NCBI GenBank assembly: GCA_036506735.1
Contig: DASXRG010000136.1
Location: 17,654-81,653, forward strand
Direction of reading: 5' to 3'
From: Candidatus Binatia bacterium
Lineage (GTDB): Bacteria > Desulfobacterota > Binatia > UBA9968
Length of the DNA: 64,000 nucleotides
Numbering within the stretch: the stretch's first letter is position 1; each line of letters starts with the position of its first letter. A model generated the notes under the pieces. The model was not told the DNA's origin. It was given only the letters and a program-made list of their open reading frames with translations, and made no database searches. Below are positions 1 through 9,586 of the stretch, in pieces. The translations under genes and the position numbers were made by a program.

Positions 1-522
1 GGTGGGATTTAAAACTCTGCCGCTCTGCAGCATGTTGTCGAGCACGATCAGCCCGCCGCGCCGCGTGAGTTCGATGCAACGATCGTAATACGCGCCGTAG
101 GCGGGCTTGTCGGCGTCGATAAAACAGATATCGAAAGGACCGCTGAGAGTTTTCAACGTCTCCAGGGCCGGACCGAGTTTGATCTCGATCTTTTTTCCGT
201 GCGGGCTTTCCGCGAAGTAGCGCCGCGCGATCTCGGTCGTTTCGGGATTCACGTCGCAGGTGATAAGACGGCCTTCATCGGGGAGCGCCTCCGCCCACGC
301 CAGCGCGCTGTAGCCGGTGAACATGCCGATCTCTAGAATTCGCTTCGCACCGGTTATACGGACGAGCAATCTCAGAAATGCTCCTTCGAGCGGACCGACG
401 AGCATTTGTGGATGCGTTGTTTTCTGATGCGTCTCTTGCGCGAGGCGGGCGTGCAGCGGCGACAGTCCGCGCGTGTGCCGCTCGGCGTAATCCTCGATCT
501 CTTGAGCTACCGGTCGAATCAT
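1..522 (-). CDS. Class I SAM-dependent O-methyltransferase (caffeoyl-CoA/catechol OMT-like), 3'-partial at window edge
   Basis: Not in the ORF track. Manual translation gives MIRPVAQEIEDYAERH...ILEIGMFTGYSAL...FIDADK...VLDNML, with a GGAGG RBS upstream of ATG 522. Confidence 0.9.
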   Translation of the reverse strand, partial: MIRPVAQEIEDYAERHTRGLSPLHARLAQETHQKTTHPQMLVGPLEGAFLRLLVRITGAKRILEIGMFTGYSALAWAEALPDEGRLITCDVNPETTEIARRYFAESPHGKKIEIKLGPALETLKTLSGPFDICFIDADKPAYGAYYDRCIELTRRGGLIVLDNMLQSGRVLNPT

Positions 523-633
523 CGCGCACCTCCTTGGCCAAAGCTTCTCCGGCTCAATATAACCGGGATGTCGCCCAATCGCTATGGGCGCGATGCCGTT
601 GCGTCCTAGCAGAGAGTTTGGTAATGAGCGCAC

Positions 634-1737
634 GTGGCGGTGATGCTCTTTATCCTCCCATTTTTATTCTCCTTGAGCGCAACCCAAGCTCTGCTTGCCG
701 CTGAAACCGAGGCCTGGAAGACCGAGTGGTCGAGGACGGTCGACAGCGCCAAGAAGGAAGCCCAGCTCACGGCGTACGGCGGCGCGGAGATCAGCCACCC
801 GGATATCATCGCCGCGTTCAACAAAGAGTTCCCCGAGATCAAGGTCGCGGCGGTCACGGGACGGGCGCCGGACCTGACCGCGCGCATTCTGGCCGAGAGA
901 CGCGCCGAGAAATATTTGGCCGACATTATAGCGAGCGGGCCCAATGCTCCCCGCACGCTGTATCTCGCCAAGGCACTCGACCCGATTGCGACCGCGTTGA
1001 TCCTGCCGGAGGTCACGGACCAGACCAAATGGTACGGCGGCCGGCATTGGTACGCGGATCCGGAGAACAAGCATATCCTGCTCTTCGAAGGCTCCGTCTC
1101 GACGACGGGCGTTGCCGTCAATACCAAGCTGATGAGCCCGAACGAGATCGCATCTTACTGGGACCTCGTGCAGCCGAGATGGAAGGGAAAACTCCTGATG
1201 ATGGATCCGCGCGGCGCGGCGCTGCCCACGCCGGTGTTGATGCTCTACTATGACCCTGACGTGGGGCCGGAGTTTTTGCGCACGCTCCTCGGCAAAATGG
1301 ATATCACGCTCTTCCGCGACCGGAGCCAGGGAACTAACTGGCTCGGCACGGGAAAATTTCCCGTCTGCTTCTATTGCCGCGATCTCGATCTCGCGCAGAA
1401 GCAAGGACTCCCGATCGCCGAGGTGCCGCCGGCGCAGATGAAGGAAGGATCGACGATCGGCGGCGGCAGCAGCAGCGTGCTCGCGCTGATCAACCGCGCG
1501 CCTCACCCCAACGCGGCGCGCGTTTTCATCAACTGGTATCTATCGCGCCAGGGGCAGATGGTTTGGCAGAAGGTGATGAACGTTAAAGAGGTCGAGCCGT
1601 CGGACTCGATGCGGATCGATATTCCCAAGGATGATGTCCTGCCGGAAGCGCGGCGCGGCGAAGGGCGGAGGTATCGCGTCGTCGGCTTTCTCGATCCGGT
1701 TCCGCTGCAGCAGCTCCTGAAAGAAGTTCTGAAATAG
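634..1737 (+). CDS. ABC substrate-binding protein, Fe(III)/polyamine-like class
   Basis: Signal peptide, AKKEAQL, SYWDLVQPRWKGK, APHPNAARVFINWYLSRQGQ. Confidence 0.85.
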   Translation: MAVMLFILPFLFSLSATQALLAAETEAWKTEWSRTVDSAKKEAQLTAYGGAEISHPDIIAAFNKEFPEIKVAAVTGRAPDLTARILAERRAEKYLADIIASGPNAPRTLYLAKALDPIATALILPEVTDQTKWYGGRHWYADPENKHILLFEGSVSTTGVAVNTKLMSPNEIASYWDLVQPRWKGKLLMMDPRGAALPTPVLMLYYDPDVGPEFLRTLLGKMDITLFRDRSQGTNWLGTGKFPVCFYCRDLDLAQKQGLPIAEVPPAQMKEGSTIGGGSSSVLALINRAPHPNAARVFINWYLSRQGQMVWQKVMNVKEVEPSDSMRIDIPKDDVLPEARRGEGRRYRVVGFLDPVPLQQLLKEVLK

Positions 1738-1747
1738 GAGGAATAAG

Positions 1748-2704
1748 ATGGCGCAGGGTGAAAATTACGATCCCGTCGAGATTCGCGGTTTCTTCCGCTC
1801 TCATACCCACCTGCCGATCTGGGAAATCATCGAGCAGGCCGGTATCTGGAAGCAGGTCGGCCTGAAAGTCAGCTTCGAGTTCTGCGACAGCTCCAATATA
1901 GCGGAAGCCGCGCTGTTCGACGGCAGCATCGATTTCGTCTCGGGAAATCATATTACTCCGTATGCGTTGGTCGCGCGCGGGAAGCCGATCGTGTGTCTGG
2001 CCTCCCCTTCCAACAGCGTGAACGACAAGCTGCTGTCCCGCGAGCCCGTAACTTCCGTTGCCGAGCTCCGCGGCAAGCGCATCGCCGATACAACCCTGCT
2101 CGACCCGGCGGGCGGCTACCACCACCTGCGCGGCAATCACATGCTCTACGTGATGCGCGGCGGCCTTGGCCTGGAAGACGTTCGCTGGGTCGAGCTCACC
2201 GACTCGATGGCGGTGTTTCGCACCGCGCAATTGGAGGCGCTCAAGTCCGGCACAGCGGATGCCACGTTCGTCACCGGCGGCACGGAGAAGTACACGCAGG
2301 CTGGATTCCACGTGCTCGATCTCGAGCCGCTGCCGATGATCACCGGCCCGACGCTCACGAGCACACTGGCGAACCTCAAACGGAAAGACCGGCTCGGCGA
2401 GCGGCTGGTCAAGGCCCTGGTCTTAGGTGTGCACTTCGCGCGCACGCGGCGCGAGGAGACCGAGCGCATTCTCGAAGGATTGAAGCGGAGAGAGCCACAG
2501 GCCGGCCGGGTGAGCTACAACAGCGTGGCGAAGCTGCAGCCGAAGCCCTACCCCGATCTCGGCGGCGTGGCCAATGCCTATACGCTTTGCTGTCTCAAGG
2601 ATCCGGCGGCGAAGGAGTTGAGCCCGGCCGCGCTTTGGGACGTCCATCATCTGCGCGAGCTGGATGATTCGGGGTTCATCGATCGGCTTTACAAACAGGC
2701 GTGA
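1748..2704 (+). CDS. NitT/TauT/THI5-like PBP-fold protein lacking a signal peptide
   Basis: VAELRGKRIA, C-terminal LRELDDSGFIDRLY, GGAGG RBS, no hydrophobic N-terminus. Confidence 0.8.
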   Translation: MAQGENYDPVEIRGFFRSHTHLPIWEIIEQAGIWKQVGLKVSFEFCDSSNIAEAALFDGSIDFVSGNHITPYALVARGKPIVCLASPSNSVNDKLLSREPVTSVAELRGKRIADTTLLDPAGGYHHLRGNHMLYVMRGGLGLEDVRWVELTDSMAVFRTAQLEALKSGTADATFVTGGTEKYTQAGFHVLDLEPLPMITGPTLTSTLANLKRKDRLGERLVKALVLGVHFARTRREETERILEGLKRREPQAGRVSYNSVAKLQPKPYPDLGGVANAYTLCCLKDPAAKELSPAALWDVHHLRELDDSGFIDRLYKQA

Positions 2705-2742
2705 GGCTTGAGGCGCGAGGCGTGAGCGAAAGAGGGAACCTT

Positions 2743-3864
2743 ATGAAGCATAGGATGGCGCTGGCGATAACCATCGTCTTTGCTCTGTCGTTGTCGGGAG
2801 CCGAGGCGGCGGAGATGAAGCCCGACGCGAAGGCTGCGTGGGAGAAAACTCTCGCGGGCGCTAAAAAGGAGGGCGAGGTGAGAATCTGGGGCGACATGGA
2901 GATCACCCACCAAGATATCGTCGCCGCCTTCACGAAAGAAATTCCCTTCATCAAAGCGGTGTCGGTGAGCGGCAAGGTCGGCGACTTGATGCCGCGCATT
3001 ATCGCCGAGCGCCGCGGCGGCAAATATTTGGCCGACGTTTACAGCGGCGGCCTCGGCGGCCGCGCCTTTTACGATTTTCAGCGCGCCGGGGTGCTCGATC
3101 CGCTGAAGCCGCAGCTCGTGCTTCCCGACGTCGTCGACGAATCGAAATGGCTGAACGGCAAACATTACTACGCCGACGCGGAGGGGCAGTACGTTTTCAT
3201 GTACGAAGGCAGCGTCGCCGGCGTCGGACTTTATTACAACAGCAAGCTGTTCGACCCGAAGGAGTTTCACTCCTACTGGGATCTGCTCAATCCGAAGTGG
3301 AAGGGAAAAATCGTTTTGTTCGAACGGCCGGGGACCGGCTCGCCGAACATGGTGCGTTATTACTATAACCCGCAGCTCGGGCCGGAGTTCGTGCGGCGGC
3401 TCTGGAGCGAAATGGACCTCGTCGTTTCTCAAGAGCGGCGCCAGGCGACCGATTGGCTCGGCACGGGAAAATTCGTTCTGTGTCTCGATTGCGCCGACAC
3501 CGACGCGGCGCGCAAGCAAGGCGTCCCGGTCGGCGAGTTCGATCACGCCAATTTGAAGGAAGCCGGCAGCGATATCGGCACGAGCGGCAACAGCGGTCTC
3601 GCGCTGATCAACAAAGCACCGAACCCGAACGCGGCGCGCGTTTTGATCAACTGGTTTCTCTCGCGCCAGGGACAAACCGTTTTTCAGGACGTCATGAACA
3701 ACAAAGTCGTCGAGCCTTCGGACTCGATGCGGATAGATATTCCTAAAAACAACGTTCTCCCTCCCTCTCGGCGCGAAGAAGGGAAAAAATACGTCGTCAC
3801 CGGGTTTCAGGACCCCGACCCGGTGGCGAAGCTGATCAACGAAATCCGGTCTAAAAATAAGTAA
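2743..3864 (+). CDS. ABC substrate-binding protein, Fe(III)/polyamine-like class (paralog of 634..1737)
   Basis: ATG 2743 after GAGGG, signal peptide, APNPNAARVLINWFLSRQGQ, shared VEPSDSMRIDIPK. Confidence 0.85.
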   Translation: MKHRMALAITIVFALSLSGAEAAEMKPDAKAAWEKTLAGAKKEGEVRIWGDMEITHQDIVAAFTKEIPFIKAVSVSGKVGDLMPRIIAERRGGKYLADVYSGGLGGRAFYDFQRAGVLDPLKPQLVLPDVVDESKWLNGKHYYADAEGQYVFMYEGSVAGVGLYYNSKLFDPKEFHSYWDLLNPKWKGKIVLFERPGTGSPNMVRYYYNPQLGPEFVRRLWSEMDLVVSQERRQATDWLGTGKFVLCLDCADTDAARKQGVPVGEFDHANLKEAGSDIGTSGNSGLALINKAPNPNAARVLINWFLSRQGQTVFQDVMNNKVVEPSDSMRIDIPKNNVLPPSRREEGKKYVVTGFQDPDPVAKLINEIRSKNK

Positions 3865-3874
3865 AGGAGATTTC

Positions 3875-4819
3875 ATGTCGGACTACCAGCCGATCGAGAT
3901 CAAGGGCTTCTACAGATCACATACTCATCTACCGGTTTGGGAAGTAATCGAAAAGGCGGGGATCTGGAAACAACTGGAAATCAAAGCGAGCTTCGAGTAT
4001 TGCGATAGCTCGAGCGTGGCCGAAGCGGCGTTGTTTGACGGCGACGTCGATTTCGTCTCGGGAAATCACATCAGCCCGTATGGCCTGGTGGCCGAAGGCA
4101 AGCCGATCGTGTCGCTCGCCTCGCCGTCGAACAGCGTCAACGACAAGCTCATTGCGCGCGCGCCGATAAAATCCGTCGGCGAGCTGAGAGGAAAACGGCT
4201 GGCCGACACGACCGTGACGGACAAAGGCGGGGGCTACAACCATATCCGCGGCAACCACATGCTCTACGTGCTGAAGGCTGGGTTAAAATTGGATGAGGTC
4301 AAATGGGTGGAGATCGCGGACATCATGTCGGAAAGTTTTCGCGCAGCACAGCTCGAAGCGGTGCGGGAAGGCAAAGCGGACGCCGCGATGGTCACGGGCG
4401 GCGCGGAGAAGTTTCAGCAGGATGGGTTTCACGTTCTGGAACTGGGCCGGATGCCGATGGTCAACGGCCCGACGCTCACGTCCACTCTGACGAATCTCAA
4501 ACGCAAGGACCGCCTCGCCGAACGGCTGGTGAAGGGCCTCGTTCTCGGCATCCATTGGGCGCGGTCGAATCCGGATGAGACCGAGCGCGTCCTCGGCGCA
4601 TTGCGCCAATGTACGCCCGAGTCCAATGCGACTTACAACAGCGTCGCGAAGCTTCTGCCCAAGCCCTACCCCGACCATCAGGCGATTGCCAACGCTTACG
4701 AGCTGTGCTGCATGAAAGATCCCAAGGCAAAGGAGTTGAGCCCGGTCGCGCTCTGGGACCTGCACTATTTGCGCGAGCTGGACGATTCCGGCTTCATCGA
4801 CCGGCTGTATGGCGCGTAA
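3875..4819 (+). CDS. NitT/TauT/THI5-like PBP-fold protein lacking a signal peptide (paralog of 1748..2704)
   Basis: Shared RSHTHLP, DFVSGNHI, RGNHMLY, GPTLTSTL and LCC motifs; AAGGAG RBS. Confidence 0.8.
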   Translation: MSDYQPIEIKGFYRSHTHLPVWEVIEKAGIWKQLEIKASFEYCDSSSVAEAALFDGDVDFVSGNHISPYGLVAEGKPIVSLASPSNSVNDKLIARAPIKSVGELRGKRLADTTVTDKGGGYNHIRGNHMLYVLKAGLKLDEVKWVEIADIMSESFRAAQLEAVREGKADAAMVTGGAEKFQQDGFHVLELGRMPMVNGPTLTSTLTNLKRKDRLAERLVKGLVLGIHWARSNPDETERVLGALRQCTPESNATYNSVAKLLPKPYPDHQAIANAYELCCMKDPKAKELSPVALWDLHYLRELDDSGFIDRLYGA

Positions 4820-4867
4820 AATTGGCGTCCTCGTAAAGACGTTTAGCTGATAGAGAGGAGAACGAAG

Positions 4868-5554
4868 ATGGAAGAAAAAGTGATCACGATGGCCGACAAG
4901 GTTCAGATATTCGATGTCGATGAGGCGCTGAAAAAAGGCGATCAATTGGTCGGCCGCACCGATATGGCTAGGTCGCCGAACAGTTTTGTCGCAGTTTTCC
5001 GGACGCGGCCGCGCGGCGGCGAAACCCACATTCACCAGCATCCCGACTCCGATCAGATCCTCTTCGTTCTAAGGAGCGAATTGACCGTCGAAGGACTGTC
5101 GGAAAAATATGTGTTGAAACCGAATCAAGGCGTCCTGATACCGGCCGGCGTTCATTACGGCTTCACCAACACGACCGATAAGGATTTGATCTTTTTGTCG
5201 ATGCGCACGGAGTCGAGCGGAGGCCGCAGGGTCGCGTACGTGAAAAATGTCCCTTCGAATGTTCACCTCAAGATTCCGGCCGACGCGCTCGCGGCTCGGG
5301 GAATCGGCCACCATATTTACGTGTACGCCATGGACCGCGATACGTTCGGCTTGTCGCCTCTCCTGTTCGAGGATTGGAATAAGGGCTCTCTTTTACGCAT
5401 GAACTGCGAATACGAGATGGATGACGGTCACGTTGTCGCCAAGCTGCCTGAGCGGCTGGTCCAGTGGTACAAGATCGACAGGCTGTCGGACTCGAATTAC
5501 AAATTTATCACGGAGCCGGAAAAGACGCGGGTTCGCGTGGAGCTAAAACGCTGA
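4868..5554 (+). CDS. Cupin-domain protein with uncharacterised C-terminal domain
   Basis: HIHQHPDSDQ and IPAGVHYGFTN cupin motifs; GAGGAG RBS. Confidence 0.8.
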   Translation: MEEKVITMADKVQIFDVDEALKKGDQLVGRTDMARSPNSFVAVFRTRPRGGETHIHQHPDSDQILFVLRSELTVEGLSEKYVLKPNQGVLIPAGVHYGFTNTTDKDLIFLSMRTESSGGRRVAYVKNVPSNVHLKIPADALAARGIGHHIYVYAMDRDTFGLSPLLFEDWNKGSLLRMNCEYEMDDGHVVAKLPERLVQWYKIDRLSDSNYKFITEPEKTRVRVELKR

Positions 5555-5561
5555 GGAAAAA

Positions 5562-5623
5562 CGTAAGGCGTGAAAGGTAAGGCGTGAAGCGTCCGCCTCA
5601 CCCCTTACCCCTTACCCCTTACG
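5562..5623. repeat. Heptamer-periodic inverted repeat (REP-like, possible hairpin)
   Basis: cgtaagg-cgtgaaa-ggtaagg-cgtgaag faces cctcacc-ccttacc-ccttacc-ccttacg. Confidence 0.7.
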
Positions 5624-5645
5624 GATACGGGGTGGAGCCAGAAAG

Positions 5646-6692
5646 ATGAAAAGTCGTCGATTCTTTCAGGTAACGATCACGTGCTTGCTCCTTCTTCCCG
5701 CCCTCGTCTTCGCCCAGGGGCTGGACAGGATTGTCGAAGGAGCCAAGAAAGAAGGGAAAGCAAAGATCGGGCTCACGGTTCGATGGCAGGAAGGGGGCAA
5801 GCCCGGCGCAAAGAAGATTGTCGAGCTCTTTCAGTCGCGCTATCCTTTCGTCAAGATCGAATATGAGCGCGTCGGCGGGTCGCGCGAGCGGGAGCGGGTT
5901 CTTTCCGAGCTGGCGGCGGGACAGGTCTCTTACGACGTGACGGTTTTGAGCGAGACGCAGGTGCCGATCGCACTCAAAGCGAACGTCATCGAGAAGATCG
6001 ACTGGCGCGCTCTCGGCGTCGTGCCGCAGCACGTCCATGATAACGACGTCGGCATCAACTATCGCTCTCAGCTTTACGGCATCGCTTACAATCGCAAGCT
6101 CGTTCCCGATTCCGTCGGCGCGAAGCTCAACTGGGACGACTGCGCCTCGGCTCAGTATCGCGGCAAGATCGCGATCGACAGCCGGCCGCGTCACCTGGAG
6201 ATATTTTGGCAGCCGCAGGTGTGGGGACGCGAGAGAACTCTAGCGCACGCGCGGCGCCTGGCTGACAACGCCACAAAATTCGAGCAGGACCGTACCGCGG
6301 CGATAACCAAGCTCGCGCTCGGCGAGTACGCCATCGTTTGCGGCTCCTTTTATTCGACCTATTATGAAGCGGTCCGTTCGGGCGAGAATAGCCAACTCGC
6401 TTTCCGTGTCGCTGAGCCCGTTCCCATGAGCCTCGGCGACGTGGTTTTCGTGCCGCGCGGCGTGCCGCACCCGAACGCGGCCCGACTCTGGGTGGCCTGG
6501 TCTATTTCGGAAGAGGGACAGAAGGTTCTCGACGAGGTGGAGGGAAGCGGCAGCCCCCTCTTCCCAACCACCCAGGCGGCCAGGATGATCAAAGGGAAAA
6601 AGGTCGCATGGTATGAGCCGCAATGGAGAGCCAAGGCGGATGAGATTTTGAAAGAAGTTCTCGAAGCCGTGGGTCTCCCCGTCGTGCGGTGA
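5646..6692 (+). CDS. ABC substrate-binding protein, Fe(III)-like class
   Basis: Signal peptide, EGAKKEG, PHPNAARLWVAW. Confidence 0.85.
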   Translation: MKSRRFFQVTITCLLLLPALVFAQGLDRIVEGAKKEGKAKIGLTVRWQEGGKPGAKKIVELFQSRYPFVKIEYERVGGSRERERVLSELAAGQVSYDVTVLSETQVPIALKANVIEKIDWRALGVVPQHVHDNDVGINYRSQLYGIAYNRKLVPDSVGAKLNWDDCASAQYRGKIAIDSRPRHLEIFWQPQVWGRERTLAHARRLADNATKFEQDRTAAITKLALGEYAIVCGSFYSTYYEAVRSGENSQLAFRVAEPVPMSLGDVVFVPRGVPHPNAARLWVAWSISEEGQKVLDEVEGSGSPLFPTTQAARMIKGKKVAWYEPQWRAKADEILKEVLEAVGLPVVR

Positions 6693-8419
6693 GCATGCGG
6701 CTAAGACTTCCGAGCGCCACGACGCTCTTCTTGGCTTGCGTCGTCCTGATTCTGCTCTGGCTCATCGTCATCCCTCTCGGACAGATGGTTCTGAACAGTT
6801 TCCGCACGGGCCATCCCGCCGCGCCCGGTCCGTTCACTTTGAAAAACTACCTGGTCGCTTACACCAGCCCGTTAACCTACCGAATGATTTTCAACACGCT
6901 CGTGTTTGCCGTCGGCGGCACGGCGATCACGACCGTCATCGCGATCTTTTTCGCCTGGCTCCTGGAACGAACCGACATGCCGCTGCAAAATCTTTGCTGG
7001 AGTCTTTTGCTGATCCCGCTGGCCATGCCCGGGCTGCTCTTTTCCATGGCGTACGTTTTTCTGCTTTTGCCCAAGAGCGGTCTATTGAACGTCTTTCTGC
7101 GCGATGCGTTGTCCCACCTCGGCGTCGAGCTTTCCGAGGGGCCGATCAATATCTACTCTCTCGGCGGCATGATCTTTCTTGACGGACTGCGCGGCGTCAC
7201 GACGGTATTTCTCATGATCGTCGGCGCGTTTCGCATCATGGATCCGGCGATGGAGGAAGCCTCCTTCGCCGCGGGCGCAAAGAATTGGATGACGTTAAAG
7301 AAAGTGACCCTGCCGGTTTTGCGCCCTGCTCTTCTGGCGGCGGTGCTCTATGAGTTTGCCTCTTCCATGGAGTCTTTCGAAGCTCCCTTGGTGCTCGGTC
7401 TTCCCGGCCGAGTCTACGTTTACAGCACGATGATTTACATCTCCACGCGCGACGCCATCCCTAACTATGGTTTGGGGGCGGCGTTTGCGGCGAGCTACTT
7501 TGTCCTCTCGCTCGGACTCGTTTACCTTTATCAACGGGCCACGGTCCGGCAGTCGGAGCGCTTCGCCACCGTCACCGGCAGGGGATACCGGCCGCACAGG
7601 ATAAGGCTCGGCCGCTGGCGCTATCCGGCGCTCGCGCTTTTCATTTTGTATTTTCTGTTCGCCGTCGCGCTTCCTCTTGGAGTGCTGGTCTGGACTTCGC
7701 TGCTCCCCTCTTACCAGCCGCCGTCGCGCGCGGCTCTGACGCGGCTTCACTGGGGAAATTACCAAATGATCTTCGCCGACCCCGCCATCCTCAGGGCGAT
7801 CTGGAACACTTTGATCATGACCTTCGGCGCCGCCACGGCGACCGTCGCTCTTGCTTTCGGCGTCTCGTGGCTGGTCGTTCGGGCCCGCGTTAGAGGCTCC
7901 ATGGCTCTGGACGGACTCACCTTCGCGTCGCACGCCATTCCCGGCGTGGTGATCGCGCTTTCGTTTATATTCTTATACCTGCAGCCGCCGATGCGCTCGC
8001 TGGGCCTTTACGGAACCGTGTGGGTCGTCGTCCTGGCGCTCGTAACGCAATACGTTTCGTTCGCCTCCAGAGCCACCAACGCGGCGGTCATGCAGGTTCA
8101 CACGGAGCTCGAGGAGGCGGGCGAAGTGAGTGGAGCAAGCCGGCTGCGCATCCTCTGGCAGATCACTTTCCCCTTGATCCGCCCCGCTTTTATCGCCGCA
8201 TGGATCTGGGTTGCGGCTCACGCGGTCCGCGCCTTTTCGGTCCCGCTGATGCTCGCGGGCCGCGACAGCCGCCCGCTCGCAGTCATGCTCTGGCATCTGT
8301 GGGATGAAGAGCAAAATCTGCCGGCCGCCGCCGCGCTGGGAGTCCTGTTGATTCTGGCCTTGACGCTTCTGACCTTTTCCGGCAGGGCGATCGTCACCCG
8401 GGGCTTCGCATCCTCGTAA
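6689..8419 (+). CDS. ABC permease, FbpB-like with two membrane domains
   Basis: Many transmembrane segments; two EAA loops (DPAMEEASFAAGA, ELEEAGEVSGAS). Confidence 0.92.
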   Translation: MSMRLRLPSATTLFLACVVLILLWLIVIPLGQMVLNSFRTGHPAAPGPFTLKNYLVAYTSPLTYRMIFNTLVFAVGGTAITTVIAIFFAWLLERTDMPLQNLCWSLLLIPLAMPGLLFSMAYVFLLLPKSGLLNVFLRDALSHLGVELSEGPINIYSLGGMIFLDGLRGVTTVFLMIVGAFRIMDPAMEEASFAAGAKNWMTLKKVTLPVLRPALLAAVLYEFASSMESFEAPLVLGLPGRVYVYSTMIYISTRDAIPNYGLGAAFAASYFVLSLGLVYLYQRATVRQSERFATVTGRGYRPHRIRLGRWRYPALALFILYFLFAVALPLGVLVWTSLLPSYQPPSRAALTRLHWGNYQMIFADPAILRAIWNTLIMTFGAATATVALAFGVSWLVVRARVRGSMALDGLTFASHAIPGVVIALSFIFLYLQPPMRSLGLYGTVWVVVLALVTQYVSFASRATNAAVMQVHTELEEAGEVSGASRLRILWQITFPLIRPAFIAAWIWVAAHAVRAFSVPLMLAGRDSRPLAVMLWHLWDEEQNLPAAAALGVLLILALTLLTFSGRAIVTRGFASS

Positions 8420-8432
8420 AGGGGCTTAGGGC

Positions 8433-9575
8433 ATGCTTGATTCTGCGAGGCGAAATCGTCGCACGGCGTGGAGAGCTGCGACTCTTGTCCTGCTGCTTTT
8501 AGGTTTTGTCGATAGCGGCTCGGCGCAGACAGACTGGAAAGCGGAATGGAACAAGACGCTGGCTGCGGCTAAAAAAGAAGGACGCCTTAATCTCTATGTC
8601 GGCCGGTATGGTCAGGCCCCGCTGCTCGCCGAGTTCGCCAAAGAGTTTCCAGAAATCAAACTGGTCACGGTCAATGGAACGGGAAACCAATTAGGGACAA
8701 GAATCTTGGCCGAGGTCAGGTCAAGCAAAGTCATAGCGGATCTCTATAGCGGCGGCGCCAACTCGAGTCATACCCTGCTCTATCGGGGCAAAGTTCTCGA
8801 CGCCTTTCCGACCACGCTGATTCTTCCCGAGGTCGTCGATGAATCCAAGTGGTATTCGGGTAAGCACGTTTACACGGACGTGGAGGGGAAGTATATTTTC
8901 GTTTACATAGCCAATCCGGGCGGCGGGAGCATCTCCTACAACACCGATCTTGTGAATCCTAAGGAGTTCAGGTCGTACTGGGATCTTCTCCAGCTCAAAT
9001 GGAAAGGGAAGATCGGTTCCCAGCCGCTCACGGAAACCGGCCTGGGCGCGACGCTTCAGTTTTTCTTTTATCACCCGGAGATCGGCCCGGAATGGATCAG
9101 GCGAATTTACGGGACGATGCACGTCACGTTCGGCGATCGGCGTCTCATCGTGGATTGGCTGGCTAAAGGAAAACTCGCCCTTTGCGTAGGGTGCAGAGAG
9201 GTGGAGCGCGCTAAAGCGCAAGGACTTCCGGTAGCTCGATTCGATGACGGCACGTGGAAAGAAGGACAGGGTCTAAGCACCGGCGGCGGCTCGATGAGCC
9301 TTATCAAGGGCGCCCCTCATCCAAATGCGGCGAAGGTCTTTATCAACTGGTTTCTCTCCCGCCAGGGACAGATCGCGCTGCAAAGCTCCAACGACCTCTA
9401 TGGCGAGCCCCCGCCCAACTCCCGCAGGATCGATATCCCAAAAGATATGCTCGCGCCGGACGATAGGCTGGTAGAGGGGAGGAAATATGTAGATGTCTCC
9501 CGCAGCGAATATGCCGACATGACGCCGATCTTTAAACTGGCGAAGGATATCATGAAAACCATCGAACAGAAGTAG
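8433..9575 (+). CDS. ABC substrate-binding protein, Fe(III)/polyamine-like class
   Basis: Signal peptide, AAKKEG, APHPNAAKVFINWFLSRQGQ. Confidence 0.85.
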   Translation: MLDSARRNRRTAWRAATLVLLLLGFVDSGSAQTDWKAEWNKTLAAAKKEGRLNLYVGRYGQAPLLAEFAKEFPEIKLVTVNGTGNQLGTRILAEVRSSKVIADLYSGGANSSHTLLYRGKVLDAFPTTLILPEVVDESKWYSGKHVYTDVEGKYIFVYIANPGGGSISYNTDLVNPKEFRSYWDLLQLKWKGKIGSQPLTETGLGATLQFFFYHPEIGPEWIRRIYGTMHVTFGDRRLIVDWLAKGKLALCVGCREVERAKAQGLPVARFDDGTWKEGQGLSTGGGSMSLIKGAPHPNAAKVFINWFLSRQGQIALQSSNDLYGEPPPNSRRIDIPKDMLAPDDRLVEGRKYVDVSRSEYADMTPIFKLAKDIMKTIEQK

Positions 9576-9586
9576 CGAGGGACTCG

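Noticed and set aside
1748-4819. Calling the signal-less PBP proteins THI5 or DszB
   Set aside because: The THI5 PLP-binding Lys and CCCxC motif are not evident, and no thiamine or dsz genes are nearby; only the analogy is kept
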